Source of the DNA: the human T2T-CHM13v2.0 reference genome, Homo sapiens
NCBI RefSeq assembly: GCF_009914755.1
Contig: NC_060932.1
Direction: 5' to 3' (one strand)
Length of the DNA stretch: 64,000 nucleotides
Below the pieces are notes generated by a model. The model was not told the origin of the DNA, searched no databases, and worked only from the letters and a program-made list of their open reading frames with translations. Both the position numbers and the translations under genes were made by a program. Position 1 is the first letter of the stretch. Each line of letters starts with the position of its first letter. Positions 61,770-64,000 of the stretch are shown piece by piece.

Positions 61770-62120
61770 ATTATATCAGCTTTATATAATGTTGTAACAA
61801 ATTATCATACATTTAATCATTTTAAAACAACACATATGTATTCTCTTTCACTTCTGGGGTCAGAATTCCAAAATGTATCTTGGTGAGCCTAATAAAGGTG
61901 TCAGAGGTGTTCCTTCTGAGGGCTCTAGGAGATAATCTATTTTCTGACCTTTTCCAGCCTCTAAAGGCCATCTGCATTCCTTGGTTCATGTCTACTTTCA
62001 CCATCTTCAAAGCCAGCAGTGGACCATCTTCAAATATCTCTCCAAGTCTTGGCTTCTGCTTCCTTCTTTTGTCTTTTAAGGACACTTAACAATTACATGA
62101 GCCCACCAGGATAATTCACA
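61770..62120 (-). mobile_element. MLT1C/D-like LTR fragment
   Basis: ccttctgagggctctaggaga...ccttttccagcctcta...gcattccttggttcatg. Confidence 0.75.
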
Positions 62121-62719
62121 AGGTCTCTAAAAAGTAAACTAAAAAGATGGATTTTGGAAGCAAGCTAAAACCTGGTAAAGCAACACATAATCTTTTCTCT
62201 TGCAGATTTAACCTAACCGTAGACTGTAGTCAGAGCATTTTGTCACAGTGGTGGTGGCCCAGACAGCTAAAGTTTAAAATGAAAAGCCTGTTATAGAACC
62301 AAAAAAAAAAAAAAAACAGGAAAAATCTTCAGCCAGAAAGTATAGAGGAAATCCCAGAGAGAAGAGAGCTGGAGGTTGAAAAATCCTACTTCTCATGTGT
62401 ATATTAAACTGTACAAGTTCCAGTGTTACCTCTGTGCTCCATACAAACATGACAGATCAAAAGTAGAACAGCAAATTTGTAGAAAACTGAACCTCAGTTT
62501 AAACTGCCACAAAAATTGCCAACCTTGTGAGCCTGTGTTGCGAAGACACAAAGAAATATGTAAAGGCTGGGCTGAGATTAAGCGACCACCCAAGATTCAG
62601 ACTAATACCAAAAGTAGTACATTAAACAGACCCAAAGGAGCAGAGCAAAAAACCATTTGACAACTGTACTGATATTGGGAATACAGATCACAGAGCCAAG
62701 ACAGAATTCGTAGTCTTGA

Positions 62720-63306
<587 letters not shown>

Positions 63307-64000
63307 TTTTAGAATATTTTAATAGTCTATAGTCTTTAAGTTTGTAGCCAAATCCACAAACTTAATATTCAAAACTTTGATGATAAAAGCCAAATTTAGT
63401 CAATATCCAAACACTGAGGGAAATTACATTAATCCTCAAAAAAAAAAAAAAAAAAAAGAGAAACAACAGATGCCAATCCAAAATGACCCAGATACTGGGT
63501 TTATACGGTTAAGACATTAAAGCAGATAATATAACTATTCTCCATGAGGTCATAGTAACTACAGTTGAAATAAATGAAAAGATAAAGTTCTCAGTAGAGA
63601 AAATGAAACAATAAAAAATGGAAATTTTAGAAATAAAAAATATGTTTGAATTAAATATATAAAGGATAGGCTCAAGATCATAATAAAGATAAAGAAAAAA
63701 ACAGTAAAGTTGAAGTTTAAAATTATCAATTACAAAGAGCAGGTAGGAAACATTTGCTTCTTTACATATGTTATAATCATACAATATATTGCATATTATT
63801 GGTAATTTTCAAACAATATTAATATATTGTGTTATTATATGAAATGGGGCAAGGGGATGTAATGATTGTAACACTTCTACATTTTGTTAGCAGTCAGAAA
63901 ATATTAAAACTAAAAGATTATAAAATATTAGAGTATCTCTAAACCACCATTACAAAAATTATGTAAAAAGTTTACTCCCCTGAGAGAGAAGATTAAAATG

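Overview
AT-rich, CpG-poor primate (very probably human) intergenic DNA with no intact protein-coding gene, tRNA/rRNA or CRISPR array visible. Most of it is a patchwork of interspersed repeats: Alu J/S/Y, 5'-truncated L1PA/PB/M (two with twin-priming inversions), L2/MIR, MaLR LTRs (THE1, MST, MLT1), ERVL remnants, an ERV1-type solo LTR, MER5A1, MER58A, MADE1 and microsatellites. The main feature is a processed (intronless) pseudogene of ATXN3/ataxin-3 at 22012-23715 (+). It has 16-bp target-site duplications, a lost start codon, several stops and frameshifts and a dead Josephin catalytic triad. Its polyQ tract is replaced by (CAG)3(CGGCAG)8, it retains a 48-codon ORF encoding both tandem UIMs, and it carries an Alu and a 34-bp duplication in the 3'UTR. 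Smaller oddities are a ~60-nt polyadenylated orphan retro-insertion inside a THE1 element, a 40-bp dispersed direct repeat 10.6 kb apart, a THE1/MLT2A fusion junction and two short perfect inverted repeats. I found no convincing evidence of a wholly new biological system. Repeat subfamily names and the ATXN3 comparison come from recalled consensus sequences, not from alignments, and many repeat boundaries are approximate.
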